A stretch of DNA of 64,000 bases from the human T2T-CHM13v2.0 reference genome, Homo sapiens. Below, in pieces: positions 14,600 to 29,130 of this stretch (the stretch's first letter is position 1; each line of letters opens with the position of its first letter). The stretch is from assembly GCF_009914755.1 (NCBI RefSeq), contig NC_060931.1. The stretch is one strand, 5' to 3'. The notes beneath the pieces were generated by a model. The model was given only the letters and a program-made list of their open reading frames with translations, had not been told where the DNA came from and ran no database searches. Position numbers and translations under genes: made by a program.

Positions 14600-16545
14600 A
14601 TGACTCCTCCATCTCCTTTAGGAGAAAATGAAGGCTGCAGTATAGGAACTAGACTTATTCTCTGCCCTTGACCCTACGGAGTCAGTTGCATCTGCAAACA
14701 ACTTCCTCCTCTTCGTCCATCACAGAAGTAGTATCCACATTTCCACGTAAGGTGGCATCCTGGGTCCTGCTTCTTCCTGAATCCTTGAAGATTTGAATCT
14801 ATCACTTATTATCCCCTCTAGTATTTCCAATATCTCCTTATATCCTGGTCTTTCTTGTGATTGTCTAAACATATTCAAGGCTCACCTATATTAGAACAAA
14901 TAAACAAACTTCTCCTGACCCTGTGTGCTTATCCCTCTACTGTCTTTTCTCTCCTTCCACTGATACACTAATTTCTTTGAAGTGATGCCTGCACTCACTG
15001 TTGCCACCTTCTTATTCTCCAGGTATCTTTAACTCACTGATCTATCCTTTCACCAAAACTGTTCTCACCAGGGTCATCAGTGGTCTCTGCTGTTAAATCC
15101 AGTTATTTATTTTTTTTTCTTTCTTGACTTCTGCAGCATTTGAAATGATAAATTATTTCCTCCTTCTTGAGACTCTGCTCCTCATGCCACTTGATACCAT
15201 AATTTCACATTTTCTAATAATTCTCTTGCATCTATTGCTCAGATTTTTATAAAGACATCTCTCCTTCAATAGTTATACCTCTGATTTTGTAGCCCATGTT
15301 CCTGTCTTTATTTTTTTCTCTTCTAACTCTGAACTGTTGGTTTCTAACCATTTCAGGAATCCGTTAAAAGCCAAGAATATGTCAGGAAAACAAACATATG
15401 CGATGATTTGTTTATAAAATGTCAGAGTTTTTATCAACTTTCTAAAAGTCTTCCATGGATCCCACTTCATGCATTCTCTCACATGTTCACATTCCCTGTC
15501 ATGTTTTCAGGAACCACTCATATGCTATTTATTCACTATCACTGTCTCCAGCCATGACTGCCACCTTCCTACCTAGCTCTATTTGAATGTTCTCCCACAT
15601 AGCTCGTCCTCGTTCTGTCCAAAATGAAACCCACCAGCTTCCTTCCTGTAAACTTGATTCCACCCTTACCACTGGAGCAAAAACTCCATAAGCCAAAAGA
15701 TCTTCTCTATCTTTTATGGCTTTACTTCTAAACCCAGAGGAGTGCCTGGCACATGATAGGCACCCAATAAATTTTGGCTGAATGGAGGAATCAATGTGTT
15801 TTAGCTCAATAGATGGCTCTATTATTTAAGCACTTGACAAACTATAAACCTGAGTCTGCTTCCTTCCCCACAAGCCTGAGTCATTTTGTCTCTAGCTTCT
15901 TAATTTCACTTTTTTTTTTCTGTAGTGCTATAATGGCCTCCTCACTCCCTCTGTCCTTACATCCTCTATTCCATGTGTTTTCAATATTGCTAGAGTAATC
16001 TTTCTAGAGTGCAAATATGTTTATGCCCCTTTCTTCTTAATTTTTTTCCAGAAATTCTGCATGGCTTTTCAGAAAGTTCAAATAGCATAGAACAGAGGCC
16101 TATAATGGTCTTGCTTGTGCTTTCCTTCCATCTATCCCTCGCTGCTTTTCCCTGATACAGATTCTATGCCTGACCTTGCTACAAGAACAACTAATCTTGC
16201 TTTCCTGAACCTGTCTTGTTCTCTTCAACTTCAGGCCATTGCTCATGGCTTTCTGCTTGGAATATTAAATGTGTCCGCCTCTCTCGAAGTCACTGCTCAG
16301 GACTCCTGCCATATGCCCTTTCCATGGCTGCTCCCTTCTCACTCTCCAGTCTGGAATAAAACTCTTTTCTAAATGCTTTCATGGTACCCTGTTCTCACCC
16401 TTATCCTAACACCTGTCACATTGTGATTTAATTGTTTATGACAGTCACGTCACCTCATTCTCTACTAAAGGGTAACTTTCATCATTGCAAAAACTGTCTT
16501 ATTTATGTTTGCTTCCCTTGTGTTTAGTACAGTGCTCAATAAATA
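14600..16545 (+). mobile_element. Cluster of L2 fragments
   Basis: C/T-rich L2 body ('tcttgacttctgcagcatttga') and two 3' ends ('gtgcctggcacatgataggcacccaataaa' ~15745; 'gtacagtgctcaataaata' ~16530). Confidence 0.65.
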
Positions 16546-18479
16546 GACACGGAGCCAATTAATCCCATCGCTATCAGCTTTTGTTCTCTATATGGTCCGG
16601 TTCTCCCAGATGAAATTTTCAATATTTTGGATTCATTTCACGCATTTCACTGCCACTTTCCAAGTAAGCCTGGGTCATGGAAGATTTCCCTAATGCAGGA
16701 AATGAATAGAATAAATGCGTACATAGATTGTATGCCGTGGTAATTAAATCATTAGTGCTGAACAGTGGTATTGAGACTGGACCATGTTAACATATGTTTT
16801 TATTCATTAGAAGCAATAAGTAAAGATGAAACCTAGTAATTATAGACTGTGAATACAAAGGAGTTATCTGGGTGGTCTATCATAAGTCTTGAACAAAGGA
16901 AAGCAAAAGGCAAACACCAGTATTTCTCCAGACTTCCTTAGTAAATATGATACTGGCATTCTGATACTCTGTGCTAATTTTAAGAATCAAACTGGTAGTA
17001 TTTTTGTATGTGTAATGCCATTGTTTCAGGCATTCATTTTCAGTTTTGTTCACTTTTTTTGGTTCTCTCTTCAACTTCCCATCCTTATCTTTCTCTGCCT
17101 CCCAAACCCTCCCCCTCACGACCCTGATATCCTCAGCCCAAGCTCTCACAGTCTCCCTCTACCATTCTCCTGCTCCAAGTCCTTTACCTCCTCCTGTCTT
17201 ACCTTGCCCCACTCCACCAAATAATGCCAGATTCATGTGGTGAAATGTTTGTGTTACCAAATGTATTACATTTTTATTTCCACTGATTGTTTTTTTAAAA
17301 TCATATATTGTGAACATATTTGTTATAAAATATCAGTATTACCGGTGGTATTTTAGTAATGCATTAAAAAATGGGGTGATTTAAGATATACACCTCTATA
17401 GTGATGGAAGTATTCTTGCCTCTATCCAGGGCATCCCTAAGTAATCAATAAATTAATATATTTAAAATAAAAGGAATTTGTTTGATACATCAGTTCCTTG
17501 TGGGTAAGTGGAAAATTTGTTATCAAACGAAATACGTAAATGAGCAGTAAAGGAGCTCTGTTATATGTGGCATGGAAAAGCACTAGTAAGATATTCTCAG
17601 ACTGCTCATAGACAAGAAAATCAAGAACAATCTTTTCAATAGACATGAATAGGTGAGTTCAACGAACAACCTAAACCTAACCTAATCTTAACCATCCTCA
17701 ACCTAATCCCACCAAAGAGATGAGAGAATGTTTTTCCTTTAAGTCACTGAAATATGGCTTCCTCTTTACAGCTGGAAAGACTATAACTATGTTTGCATAT
17801 TCCAATGGCTTCGAGGATCATCAGAGCTCAGGGCATGGAAAGACTGCAGTGTAAACTCACTCATTCATTGCATAGGCAAAGTTTTCTTCTGGCCTCTTCA
17901 GTGACTTAACAAGTTCTGGCTCAATACAGTATAAATCACACATGACACCTCTTCTGAGACAGCAGTATCAGGTGTGAGTTGGGGTCCTCTAGTAGAGTTG
18001 TAAAGGGATCAGAAAGTTCTGAGCTGTGGGCCTGAACAGCTGGTTGGTGGTGGCAACAGCAGCTGTCATGAAGAAATGCCTTTCCCCCAATGTGCTTCCC
18101 TGGCTCTCCTGTCCCCTTTCTTGTCAATAGCCAGTCAACATGTATTGATTGTGCAGAGGCTAAGGGCTTATTCTTCTGTGCATGCTTATCCATCTGCCCC
18201 TTTTCTTTTGACTTACATTGTCTCTCCAGGGTTTTATTTCGTTTTTATAAACATCTTTCTATCTGCCTGCTTCTTCTCACCATATGGCAATTCTGATATG
18301 TATTTTTTGTTGGGGGGAATGTGAGACAGAAGGAGAGGAGAAAGAGTCCCTAATGACACAAGATTTAGAATGCTTATCATAAGAGTGGATGGTTTAATAA
18401 ATACTGCTTTCTTCAGCATGATTTTAATCAGATGACTACTAAACTTCTTTTCAAAAAAAAAGACTAATATTCATAAAAA

Positions 18480-19830
18480 CAAATGTTGTCTACAGCCAAT
18501 GTTTCTAACTCTTACCTGTCAACATTAGACAATTCAATCTGACTTCTTGCCTTCCTACTCCAATAAAACCATTTTTTCCAAGTCACAAATGACTTCCACA
18601 TAAATCTAAAGAGCATTTTTCAATTCTCATCTTACTACACTCCTCAGCAGCATTCCAGACTCTTAATCATGCCTCTTTCTTGAAATATCACGTGGCTCTT
18701 ATGACTTCATACTCTCCTAGATTTCCCCCTCTCTCTGCAACCACATCTCAAGCTCTTTCAACAGCTCCATTGTTTCATTTAAGCTGTAAACATTGGGATT
18801 GTCCAGAACTTTTCCCTCACTCATCTTATCATCTCTTCTCTACTTACTACTATCTGTAATTGACCTCATCCAACTTTGTGGCATTAAATACAATCTATTT
18901 GCTTACAGTTCCCAAAGTTCTATCTCTAACTAAGATTTCTCTTTTTGAGCACCAGACTTTATATCTGACTGCCTTCTTGACTGCTCTACTTGGATTTAAT
19001 CTGAATGAAACTAAACTCTCAAAGAACCCCAACAACCTTTTCCTCACTCACCCTGCTCATCTTGGGAACCCATCTCCTCACAGTTGTTCACATCGGAAAT
19101 ATAGGAGTCACTCTTGATTTATTTTCCTTCCATCAATTTCTAAATGAAATGCTTCTGTAGAAAATTGCTTTTACCTTCCAACTACATCACTAATTCACTT
19201 TTTTTGTTTTTTAACATTTTTCCCTGTCACCGCTATAGTCTAAATACTGTCTTCTCCAGCATGGAATATTTCAGCAGTTTCCTAAGTCGTCTTTTCCATT
19301 CATGCCCTCCCAATTATTTTTTTTTTAATCTAGAAAGCATCTATAATGAGCAGTAAAATGTTAAACCCTGAGGATGTCACTGTCTGGCTTATAATTCTTC
19401 AGAGCCTTCCTACTGAACTTGTAATAAACTTCACTCTCCTAAACTTGCCTCCATGTTCCTCAGTGATCCAGACCTGCTGATTTCTTTGTTTTTATCTTGT
19501 GGCCCACACTCACTCAGCCCCAGCAGACTCCCCTGGCTATTCTCCCCATATGCTGTTTCCTCCATCTAGAAAGCTGTGCCCTCTACTCTTCATATCCAGG
19601 CTTCTTCTCATCCTCCAAGTGTCATCTTACATGTCAGTTTCCCAGAAGAACCTTCCTGACAATCCAATCTAAATTAGTTTGTCACTCACCTTTTTGTAGT
19701 CTCTATCATACTATTTTTCTTCATAGAGCCTATCACAGCTTGTGTTGTGTGTGTGTGTGTTTTAACAACCACACATGTCTAGTTTAAACAATCATACAAC
19801 TAGTGCCTAACAATTTACCTGGCAGTGAAA
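18480..19830 (+). mobile_element. L2 long fragment
   Basis: 'aagtcacaaatgacttcc', 'ctcatcttactacactcctcagcagcatt', 'gagtcactcttgatt', 'gaaccttcctgacaatccaatctaaa'. Confidence 0.75.
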
Positions 19831-20429
19831 ATGCTGCAGTCCCCACCATCATAATCATTAAAGATAGACTAGTGTTGTATTAACACGGATGATCTGTATA
19901 CAGTATGGACGATAAGCATGCATAAGGTCACAGTAGAAGTTTGGATAACTGGTATCAATCATAGGGTAATTTGAGAATATAGTGAAAGCAAAGCAGAGAG
20001 GGAAAGTATAGAAGAAAAGGGAGGACTATGGTATGTGGGCAACCCTGGGGATCAAAGTGAAAATAAAGAAGATGCAGTAATTCACAGAAAATCAAACCCA
20101 AGGAATAAAAAACTAGATTCAGGCATGTTTTAATATACTGGAACATCTAGCCCAGTGTTTCAGGATGGATGTAAAACATCACTTCTGAAATAATGCCGAC
20201 AATTCTGTTCAGTCTGTTTAATTAGCTTGTTAAATTCACGATATTCAGTTTAGATCATGGTAGATCTAAATTAGGGAATGCTCTGGAGGAAATACCATGA
20301 GTTGAAAAAAATCTCCTCTCTCCTGATAGGGATCTGCCTTAAGCTACTGAAGGTGCCAGGGCCCTGGAGGAATCCTCAATGTCTGTGGTAAATGTTTTGG
20401 TGGGCTAGGTAATACCCAGTTCATATAGC

Positions 20430-20897
20430 CAAGCAGTTTGAAGATTGAGCCCAGCTCAGGTGGTGGACCCTACTTAGCCTAAACCTGTAATGGTCATCCC
20501 TCAAGATTTCACATTTAAGCCATGGAAATTGGCTAAAGGAGTAAGCATGTGACCTTATTTGGGCCAATCAAATGAAAGTAAAAAATTTGGAGGGATTCTG
20601 GGAAATGTTTCCTTATTAGTAGTTGAGAAACACAGGAAGGTATAATATTCTTCCCTCAGACTTTGTTGCATGCAGATGTGAGGTCAGAGACTGGTTACCA
20701 CTTTAGGATAAAACCAGTGCCCAGAGGAAGGGAGAGCCAAGGGAATTTCAGGGGAAAGAGACTCATCACCAGAAAGAGCAACCCTAAATCAGGCCTTCTT
20801 TAGACTCCCAGTTAGGAGGGCAATGAATATTTTTGTAGGTTTAGCCAATTTAAGTTTGACATTCTCTTATTTGCTATAGAAAGCATCTTAACTAATA
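20430..20897 (+). mobile_element. MLT1K-like LTR
   Basis: 'gcatgtgaccttatttgggccaatca', 'gattctgggaaa', 3' 'tttagccaatttaagtttgacattctc...gcatcttaactaata'. Confidence 0.65.
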
Positions 20898-21319
20898 AAA
20901 TGTCCAAGAAATACATGTATGAGGAGGGAAAAAAAAACACCAGGTAGGCTGTTTATAAAGGCAAATTTTGGAAGGTGGCAGGATGATCTGTTATCTCCCC
21001 ACACTCCAGCCTTTGGGTTACAGTGGGGAGAAAGCTGCTGATAGTTTCCTGACCTCAATGGTTCAAGCTGTAGCAGAACTAGAATGGGCCAGGTAGTGAC
21101 TATATTTCTCTCATGTTTGCTGAACAAGGACACTTTATTACCCTAACTTTCAGTGGACATTTTTAATTTTCCTAAATGAAGAAAAAAATGCAAAAAAAAA
21201 AACACACATGTAAGTTTAACCACATTCAATAAGCATAGCACTTGTCATCAGATAATTGTAAGACATTGTAAAAATAATTCTAATGGCACTTATAATAACA
21301 ACAACAATAGAAATATCAA

Positions 21320-21560
21320 CAATAATAGCAAACATTTAGATAGGCCTTACTATGTGCTGGACACCATTCTAAACACTCTCAATGTAATTAACTCCTTCAG
21401 TCTGCATATGAAGTAGGTATTACCAGTTTGTTAAAATTACTGATAAGGAAACCAAGACAGAGGAAGTTAAATGACTTGTCCACGGTCATACCTCCATTAA
21501 ATGGAAGACCCTGTTTTCAAAATGACCATTGTATTCCAGAAGCTAGGGCTTTTAAGCACT
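21320..21560 (-). mobile_element. MIR SINE
   Basis: 'cttactatgtgctggacaccattctaa', 'gataaggaaaccaagacagaggaagttaaatgacttgtccacggtcatac'. Confidence 0.8.
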
Positions 21561-22935
21561 AACCAAGATTGTCAGTTATTGTGGGTATATAAATTGAAAG
21601 AGATGATGAAAAATTGCTTTTGTGTTCAGGGAGCTCACAGTTTGTTGTGCTCTCTGTAAGCTCAGCCAGTAATAAGAATACTTGCTTCCAGTTTTAAATA
21701 CAGTAGAGACAATGTCTATATTATGTTATGTCATACATTCCACAATATTTTTGTGACTGTTGGCGATTTCTTATTGATTGCTTTGTCAATATAATTTTAT
21801 ATTTATGCCACCCAAAACCACTTCTCATTTTCAAGCTACATTAAAATAATAAAGGACATAAACTGCAATAAGCATTTCTAGGGGATTAAATATTTTCATC
21901 ACTAATTTTACCCTATAAGAGCATGATACATGCTTCATTTAAAGTTTTAATTACCAACAAAATTTTATGTTTTATTATTCCAGAGACATATGAAGCAGTT
22001 TTATCACATGAGCCTTAAGTATCCTCTAAGAATCAGCAAAAAAGAGATTGTTTCCTAGGTCTACATAACCGATGGCTACATTATTATCCATAAAATCATT
22101 CGAGAAAACTTCATGTGTGGCAGTATGAGCATGTAGACTGTAAAATATCAAAAATGACTCTATTTCATATGCTAACAGGAATAGTCCATCATGCAGTTTA
22201 ACCTGGGACATTAGATAGCTTTAAGTCTTTTAAGCCTAAGTGAAGAAGGGTATTGCATTAAAACTCCCCTCAAGCTTCCCTGCAGACACTTTGAGCATAC
22301 CATCCCTATCATCTTGGAGAGTAGATGTAACTAGGTAACTTCCCCAGCTGCAGTAAACATTTATATATGTTGGTCTTCTGCTCCCAGAGGCTTCCCAAGC
22401 TGCTCTGTCAAATCTGTTAATGTAGAATAATCAAGCCAAGAAGAAAGACTGCAAGGAACTGAGTGCAAATCAAAAATGAAGCAGAGAAGACAGGAGTAAG
22501 AACGAAAATGATTAAAGATCAATTGATCGTCATACATAGAAATGGAATTGTTCACATACAAGGACTTAGAAACAAAATCCTCCTTAAATGAGGAAAAATA
22601 TACAAGTCATTTTGCATAGGTCCTAGGAGAAGGGATTTTACATATTGATACTGCTTCTTTACAATACCATGCTTCCTTCCAGTGGTTAATATAACAGAAG
22701 TGCATATCTTGAAACCTCAAAGAAGTTCTTGGAAGTATAGGAACATTTAACGTTAAGTTGTGATTTGTGGCGAGTACATTTGAAAAATATTAATTGATAT
22801 TTATTTATTTGAAAAGTCTTGGTTTGGCTTAACAGCCTCTCTGCACAATTAGGATATCCAGTTTCTCTTATAAGGGAACAAACTTTGGAATCTTATCTGA
22901 TTCCCCTTGTCTGACCCCTATACTCACCATCACTG

Positions 22936-23259
<324 letters not shown>

Positions 23260-23646
23260 TAATTCCTATTTGTTGCAGTAAGAGCTTGTGTGTCAGACAC
23301 AGAAGCTATCATTTTTTATCCTATCACTGTTAACTATGTGATAGTGCATAGGTTTAATTTCAAGAAGCATCAGTTTTATTACTTAAAAAATGCCTACCTC
23401 TTTATTTTCAGAGTGTTCCAGAGTCCCTGAAATAAATAGGTGAGAGCACATGGACATTTGGTAGGCCCTCAAAACACATTGTTATCATTTCTTCCTTCCC
23501 TCTTTTTCTTTTTTTCCCCAAATTCTGGAAACAATCCTGGATTTCATGTTTTAGAGTGGCAAACAGATGAAGAAAATGACATATTTTATAGTATTTTCCA
23601 TTCAAGCATTGCAATTATTACTTTATATGTACTCTCATTTAATCAC

Positions 23647-23991
23647 TGATGTGGTCTCGCTGTGTCCCCACCCAAATCTCATCATTGTGGCTCCCATAAT
23701 GCCTATGTGTCATGGGAGGGACCTGGTGGGAGGTAATTGAATCATAGGGGCGGGTTTATCCTGTGCTGCTCTTGTGACAGTGAAGAAGTCTCACAAGATC
23801 TGATGCTTTTATAAAGGGCAGTTCCCCTGCACATGCTCTCTTGCCTGCTGCCTTTGCTCCTCCTTTGCTTTCCACCAAGATTGTGAGGCCTCCCCAGCCA
23901 AGTGAACTATGAGTCCAGTAAACTTCTTTTTCTTTATAAATTATCCAATCTTGAGTATTTCTTTATAGCAGTATGAAAATGGACTAATACA
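23647..23991 (+). mobile_element. THE1C-like solo LTR inserted in a MIR
   Basis: TG...CA termini, 'ataaagggcagttcccctgcacatgctctcttgcctg'; perfect 5-bp TSD ATCAC (23642-23646 / 23992-23996). Confidence 0.92.
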
Positions 23992-24084
23992 ATCACTAAA
24001 ATAGCCAGTAATGTAGTTATTGGTATCCCTATGTTACATACCAGAAAGTGAGGTTCAAAACGTTCTACTAACTTGTCCTAGACC

Positions 24085-25020
24085 ATTTATTTATCTAAAA
24101 ATATTTGCTGAGTGTTTGCCATGTTCTAATCATTAAGCAGGGGCCAAAGACACAAAGATGACTTTACTAAGGTTTCTGTCCTCTACAAGATCTCACTGTG
24201 GTAAAGGACGGGGGAACAGACAGTATTAATACACTGTAATAGAGGCCAAGGCCAGAAGAGGCAAAGCCCTCTGACTCATTTTACTACACCAGCCTGACTC
24301 TTGTGTTCAATAATATTCTATCGATCTAACTCTTAGCTATTCATAGTGTAAGTGGGATCTTGCTTTTTCCCCTGGGACTCACCCCCTCTTCAGAGGCATA
24401 TCTCTTTTTAGGGTAGTATATCTTCCCAGAGCACAATGCCACACCTTTACCTTCGCTACAACACATCACCTGGTTTCATCTTTTCCCCTGGATTCATCTA
24501 CCCAATGTAAATATGCATCTAAAACTTCCTATGTATCAGGCTTTATGCGATGCTCTAAAGATAAAATATATACATGAGAATAATTTTTTAATTGCTGTGC
24601 TTGACAAGTTTAGAATATTAAAAGGGAAGACTGTCATTGAACAGATAAGAAGAGGAAAATATCATAGATACTGAAATAGAGGTATGTAAGAGATGAAGTC
24701 AAACAGACAAATAAAAAAGCTAATCTGTATTCTCTGCTTTGTGTTACAGTGGGTTAAGGAAAAAGATGAAGGGTTTTGTTGTAATATGTTGTGATTGAGT
24801 TGATTGTGGTACATGCCAGGGTCCTGTTCAGGTGGATATTTAGACCTTGAACTCAGGGGAAACATCTTGCTTAGAGATATACTTTTTAGAATATTTATAG
24901 GTGTCACTTAAAGATATGAAAAGGTGGATTGCCCAGAAAAGTTGAGGAAGAACAGGACAAAGATGAGCAATGACAGAGAACCAGCCTTTGTGGGGGACAC
25001 CCTCAACCACAATCAGAAGC
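24085..25020 (-). mobile_element. L2 fragments
   Basis: 'tttatctaaaaatatttgctgagtgtttgcc', 'gaactcaggggaaacatcttgcttagagatata'. Confidence 0.55.
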
Positions 25021-25649
25021 TCGTCCACAGCCCCCAGTTTTGTAACAAAACCACATACCAGAAAAGGGTTGAATGAAGTCTATTCATAATACTGTTAAGA
25101 AAATTCACTGAATTGAAAATTTTTATAGTTTTTATTAAAGCCAATGAGAAAGAGAAACAGATGAATGAAAAACTATGAATTCAAGACCTCAACTCATATC
25201 TTAGTGCTCCATAAATGCTTTAGTTTATGAGTCAAATAGTGATATTTTAATTTCAAGGTGGGATCTTCAAAAGCTTTATAAATATTATTAGCTGTATAGC
25301 TGTAACTGTTATCATTTTAGCACCTAACTCATACAATTAACCTTTTTTTCTTTCAAATCATCAGCATATTAAAATACTACAGTGATTGGTTGAATTCTAT
25401 TCTCAATCTGTTTTGAGTAAATGTGCTAATCTTAAAAGAAAAAAATGATACTTTGTATTTCTTATCTTTCAGTAATTAAAACAAATAATCTAATCGTTAC
25501 ATTTTTGCTACATAATTTGTTTTTTTTTTTTTAATTTGAAAACTTACCCCTAAGGGGGAAAAATATTCTTGCTTCAACCTTTTTACTAAGACCTAGCCTT
25601 CAAGAGAGAATTATAGGAAATAGGCCATTAGGTGTTTTGAAGATTGCTT

Positions 25650-25860
25650 AATGCAGCAGTTCCCAGGGTCTTATGCTGAGATAGTAAGTACCCAGGGGTA
25701 GTATTATGGGGTGGGAGAAAGCATAGTTCATGGTAAAAATAGGTTTGGAATAGCCTTAAGTTAAAAAGAGTACTGTAGGCTTCTCAGAGCCTTTAATGGG
25801 CTTGTGTTCATGTCAAATTCTTTAGAAAAAAACTGGCTTAAAAGTACTGATCAAAAGACC
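25650..25860. mobile_element. Possible hAT-Charlie (Charlie4-like) fragment
   Basis: 'cttctcagagcctttaat' and 'cagttccca' motifs recalled from Charlie4-type elements. Confidence 0.35.
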
Positions 25861-26079
25861 ATAGAAGATAAAAGAAAAAAAAACATGGCAGAAACCAACT
25901 TGAGTGATGCAGTCAGATAAAATGAAAAGCAGAAATGAAATGACAACCTTAGCCTGGGTGTGTAGCTAGAGAGACAGAAGGTGAAGGTCAATTTCACTGC
26001 ATTACAAATAAAGCCTATGTCTGACTTTCAGGGAAATTGCTGTTGGCTTTATCAAATGTCTCTTGGAGTCCACTTCCCC

Positions 26080-26200
26080 CTCTAAGTAGAGGGACCTAGT
26101 CTCTTTCCTGCCACTGCATCTCCAGTGCCTAGAACAGTGTCTGTCACAGAGAAAATGCTAAAACATTATTTATCAAATAGAGTGAATAATAAATAAATGA
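26080..26200 (+). mobile_element. L2 3' end
   Basis: 'cactgcatctccagtgcctagaacagtgtctgtcacagag...gaataataaataaatga'. Confidence 0.75.
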
Positions 26201-28704
26201 CAGTTAAAGCATAATAACTAAAATTATATAATTTGGAGACTTCAATGGATGGCCCACTTGTACAAATGAAGACTTCCAGGTGTTTCCTAATCCTGTCTCT
26301 ATCCTGAGGGATTATACCTAAGGGGTTTTCCACAGGAAAAGTTTGCACAGCCTTGGCAACCTGCCACTGCACGTGAAGGCACAGTCAAGAGTGGTTATTT
26401 GTGAGAAAACAATAAGATTTGAAGAGAGGTTGACTGTCCTTTGCACAGTATATTTTTGCTCATTAAATAATGTTAATTTTAAGCTTAACCCTAAAGCTTG
26501 GATTTTTATATTGATATTGCCTCACATTTATAAAATAGTTTTCAGTTCTCTTCCAAATTGATTAGCTCTATCAGTCATGAATAAAATGACAAAATAGCCC
26601 ATTGCATAAAGAGGGAAAAAAAGCAAATCATGTGAATGATTTTCCCAAGGTCCCAGAATTATTTTACAGAAGACCCAAGATTAGAACCAAGGTCTTCCAA
26701 CTTCTCTATTCATCGTAACACACAGAAGAGTGAACATGAATTCCATCTGGTTTGAGAAATCCCCTGACTTGCAGTGGAATGGAAACTTTCTTTTAAAAAT
26801 AACCTCTATTTAAAAAGAAGTCTACATGACTAATTCTCTTAAAATAATAAAACAATAATAAGACCACATAAAAGTCATCTAAAAAGCCTGGTGAAGAGAA
26901 GATCAAAGATGCTTATGTAACGACAAGATAGAAGCCAAGCTTCAGAATTCAAAGCTTTTGTGAGCTCTAATCATTTTGCTTGCATTCATAAAATCTTAAA
27001 CATTTTCCCTCTATTTTTTGATGTATAATATTCAATCAATTGTAATGGAATGTAAGTGGAGAGGGCTGGTAATGGCTCCTAAGCATGAAAGTGAAACCAT
27101 GGCCCATGTGCAGCGCTGCCGCCCAGAGGGGAGAGGCAGCCTTTTCCTTCGTATCCGGATCCTTTTAGAAAAGAGATATGGCCTGCGACTGACTGGTGCC
27201 ACTTTTATTCCTTTTCTTATAAGTTAATTGAAATAGAAGGGCTTTGTTTTTTCCCCTTTTCCACTCTAAAGTCAAAGGCACTGACTAGGTTCACTGCTGG
27301 GCTATAGATGTGTGTGTTCTTTTTCAATAGAATTGTACATTTCCTTATAAATATATGTAATATATAATATATATGTAATAGATATTAAAGGGATGGGGGA
27401 CCATTCTGTGACATCCTGGGCAATAGCATTTTCCCAGTTTATTGAGATTTTTGAATTGCAAGTGGGATTAAATCTTCATGACTGACTCACTTCTTATGCT
27501 ACTGCACAAAAGCTGAGGGAGTTGACATTTAAACTCATGTGATTAAACAATTCATAAGTCTTTTAAAACTGTACATTTTGACATGAAAAGAATGCAAAAA
27601 TATTCACAAGCTACTTAGCTAGTGAATTAGGAGCTTTTAACAGAAAAAGAAAATAAAAGAAGGCTTTTTATTTTTTCAAAGAAGTGGTTGTATACAACCA
27701 CTTTCTCAAGTTTTCTGGTATGTATTTATGAGATTAAATGTATAAAAGAATGTGGTGTCTTCAAGCAGTTAAATAACAAGCTCCTGTTGAGAAAACATCT
27801 TGTAGCAACAAAAGAGCTTTTAATTCCAAATTTAATAAATGGAGGGAGGGGAGCTTTTGATGGTAAGAAATGGAAAAGACAGAAGAAAGAACATTTGAGG
27901 GATGGTGGAGGGTAAACAAAACAGCACTCAGCCTAGAAGGTATTCATTTTCTGTCCTTAATGTAAGGAAAACCATAAAAACATCTGCAGTTGAAGATTCA
28001 GAAAATTTTCACAGAGAACATTGGGTTTTTATAAACAACAAAAAGAGTCACATCAAAATTTCCTTCCTTGAAACATTTATGTAACAGGAATTAGGAATAG
28101 GAATCAAAATGGTTTTGTTGTGAATAGTTAAGGCAGAGAGTATCTGCATTTTGTATTACTGAGAAGATCCTGTAGAGAGTATATCCCTTTTGTCACAAAG
28201 GAGAGATTGGTTCATCATGTGCCATCATGGGTTCCAGGACTAGGACATTTAAATAAAGGCACATGCAGAACAAGGTTAGTGAATGAAGAGGACAAGAGCA
28301 GACATCCAGTCAGTTACCACGATGATAGAGGATGGTGATTGCCACCAAAAGTCATAACGAATGTTTTGCATGTCACTTATAATTTCATATATATGTGTGG
28401 TATTCCCCAGCCAATATTCAGCTTATCTTGGTTAATCTCTTTTTGTGTCTTTTTTAAAGCTCCTAATTGAAAATGTTTTTGTCAAGATTTGTTAAAGAAA
28501 AAAGTATTCTATGAAACATTATGTTTATTAAAGAAAAATACATCCAGCCAACATTGTTATTTTCATCCTAGCCTGAGTGAAAAATCACATAAGCATATCA
28601 CTTAGAGGATGATTTTTAAACAGAGTCTATTATTATTTGAATGACTTCACTCCAATCCAAAGCACACTGGGAACTGTAAAATGTTACAGACGCTATTTCA
28701 TCAT

Positions 28705-28900
28705 AAAGGCAGTGTGTTATGGGGGAAATCATTCTTAGCTGTATGGGAGAAGTCATGACTCCCGACCCAGCCACTCATTGACCAACTATGTCGCAATGGG
28801 AAAATCACTTATAATCTGATACTTTTCTTATCTGTAAAAAAAGAGAAGAGAATTATTCTATATGCTGGGACTAAAGAGAATAATGAGTGAAATAAGGCAT
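28705..28900 (+). mobile_element. MIR SINE
   Basis: 'aggcagtgtgtt...gccactcattgaccaactatgt...tttcttatctgtaaaa'. Confidence 0.65.
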
Positions 28901-28939
28901 ATGACTATTATTATTTTTGTTATTATCAGCATAAATAAA

Positions 28940-29130
28940 ACTCATAGCACTTTGTAGTCTACAAGTTACTTTCAATTGCTTTATTCTATTTAATTCTCAC
29001 AGCAACTCTCTGAAACAGGTTTTATGGTCTCCATTTTTCAGATGAGGAAATGGAGTCAAAGAGGTCAGCACCTGTGTGATATGATCAGGAAAATAAAGTG
29101 CCAGGACTAAAATTCTGATTTTCAGATGCC
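28940..29130 (-). mobile_element. MIR SINE
   Basis: 'tttaattctcacagcaactctctg...ctccatttttcagatgaggaaatggag'. Confidence 0.75.

Noticed and set aside
21950-22140. Minus-strand terminal exon (acceptor at 22138, AATAAA at 21971-21976)
   Set aside because: Such signals are common in AT-rich DNA; no recognisable peptide or linked upstream exon
27112-27140. CTCF site in gctgccgcccagaggggag
   Set aside because: Either alignment mismatches near-invariant core positions
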